A stretch of DNA of 64,000 bases, filler included, from Dimargaris cristalligena (lineage: Eukaryota), in NCBI GenBank assembly GCA_003614675.1. It is 11 parts of 11 records of this genome, joined end to end, with 100 filler letters (N's around TTAATTAATTAA, not from the genome) between each part and the next. Parts side by side here need not be neighbours in the genome. Positions count along the whole stretch, not along the records: positions 58,481 to 64,000 come from ML003617.1; 10 more parts are not named here. The stretch is one strand, 5' to 3'. Below, in pieces: positions 63,863-64,000 of this stretch (positions within the stretch are counted from its first letter, which is position 1; each line of letters begins with the position of its first letter). Under the pieces are notes generated by a model. It did not search any database and had not been told where the DNA came from. It was given only the letters and a program-made list of their open reading frames with translations. The translations under genes were made by a program, and so were the position numbers.

Positions 63863-64000
63863 TGTTGGAATACTAAGGACTTAAAGGAAATAAAACTGGA
63901 AGTAAGAGAAGAAAGCAGCTAGAGGACGGTAGGTACCTCTAGGTAGTTAGTTTTATTGAGTTGTAATTTCTGTAGAGTGAAATATAATTGGCTAATATGG
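63863..64000 (-). repeat. Dispersed repeat family B, copy 2
   Basis: GAAGAAAGCAGCTAGAGGACGGTAGGTACCTCTAGGTAGTTAGTTTTATTGAG matches 28863-28916 and carries AATAAA on the minus strand. Confidence 0.65.

Overview
This window is not continuous chromosome. It is 11 separate ~5.7-kb contigs of a eukaryotic (fungal) draft assembly, sorted by decreasing length and joined by artificial 100-nt spacers (44 N + TTAATTAATTAA + 44 N), so adjacency across a spacer means nothing. Intron-poor genes, several fungal-type NRPS fragments and signs of amplification chimeras suggest an early-diverging fungus such as the mycoparasite Dimargaris (inference only, no search run). Protein-coding content: three NRPS fragments (E-C-A-T-C; a partial A domain; C-A-T plus a terminal E-like domain), a Clr4/SUV39-type H3K9 methyltransferase (5' part), an HMT1/ABCB6-like half ABC transporter, a secreted protein with an F-box-like motif, CENP-T, a GBF1/Gea Sec7 Arf-GEF, RLI1/ABCE1, an APH-family kinase, the ATP-citrate lyase N-terminus and an Mms22/Mus7-like gene. 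Also present: a partial tRNA-Thr(AGU), a stop-disrupted Ty3/Gypsy element and seven copies of one ~580-bp LTR family. Best leads: (1) a signal peptide + F-box-like candidate effector; (2) an NRPS ending in an epimerase-derived domain that lacks the catalytic Glu, with no TE or R domain; (3) strongly directional CG->TG/CA/TA mutation of repeats, RIP-like or 5mC-driven; (4) two inversion junctions with dual-reading overlaps that are probably MDA chimeras.
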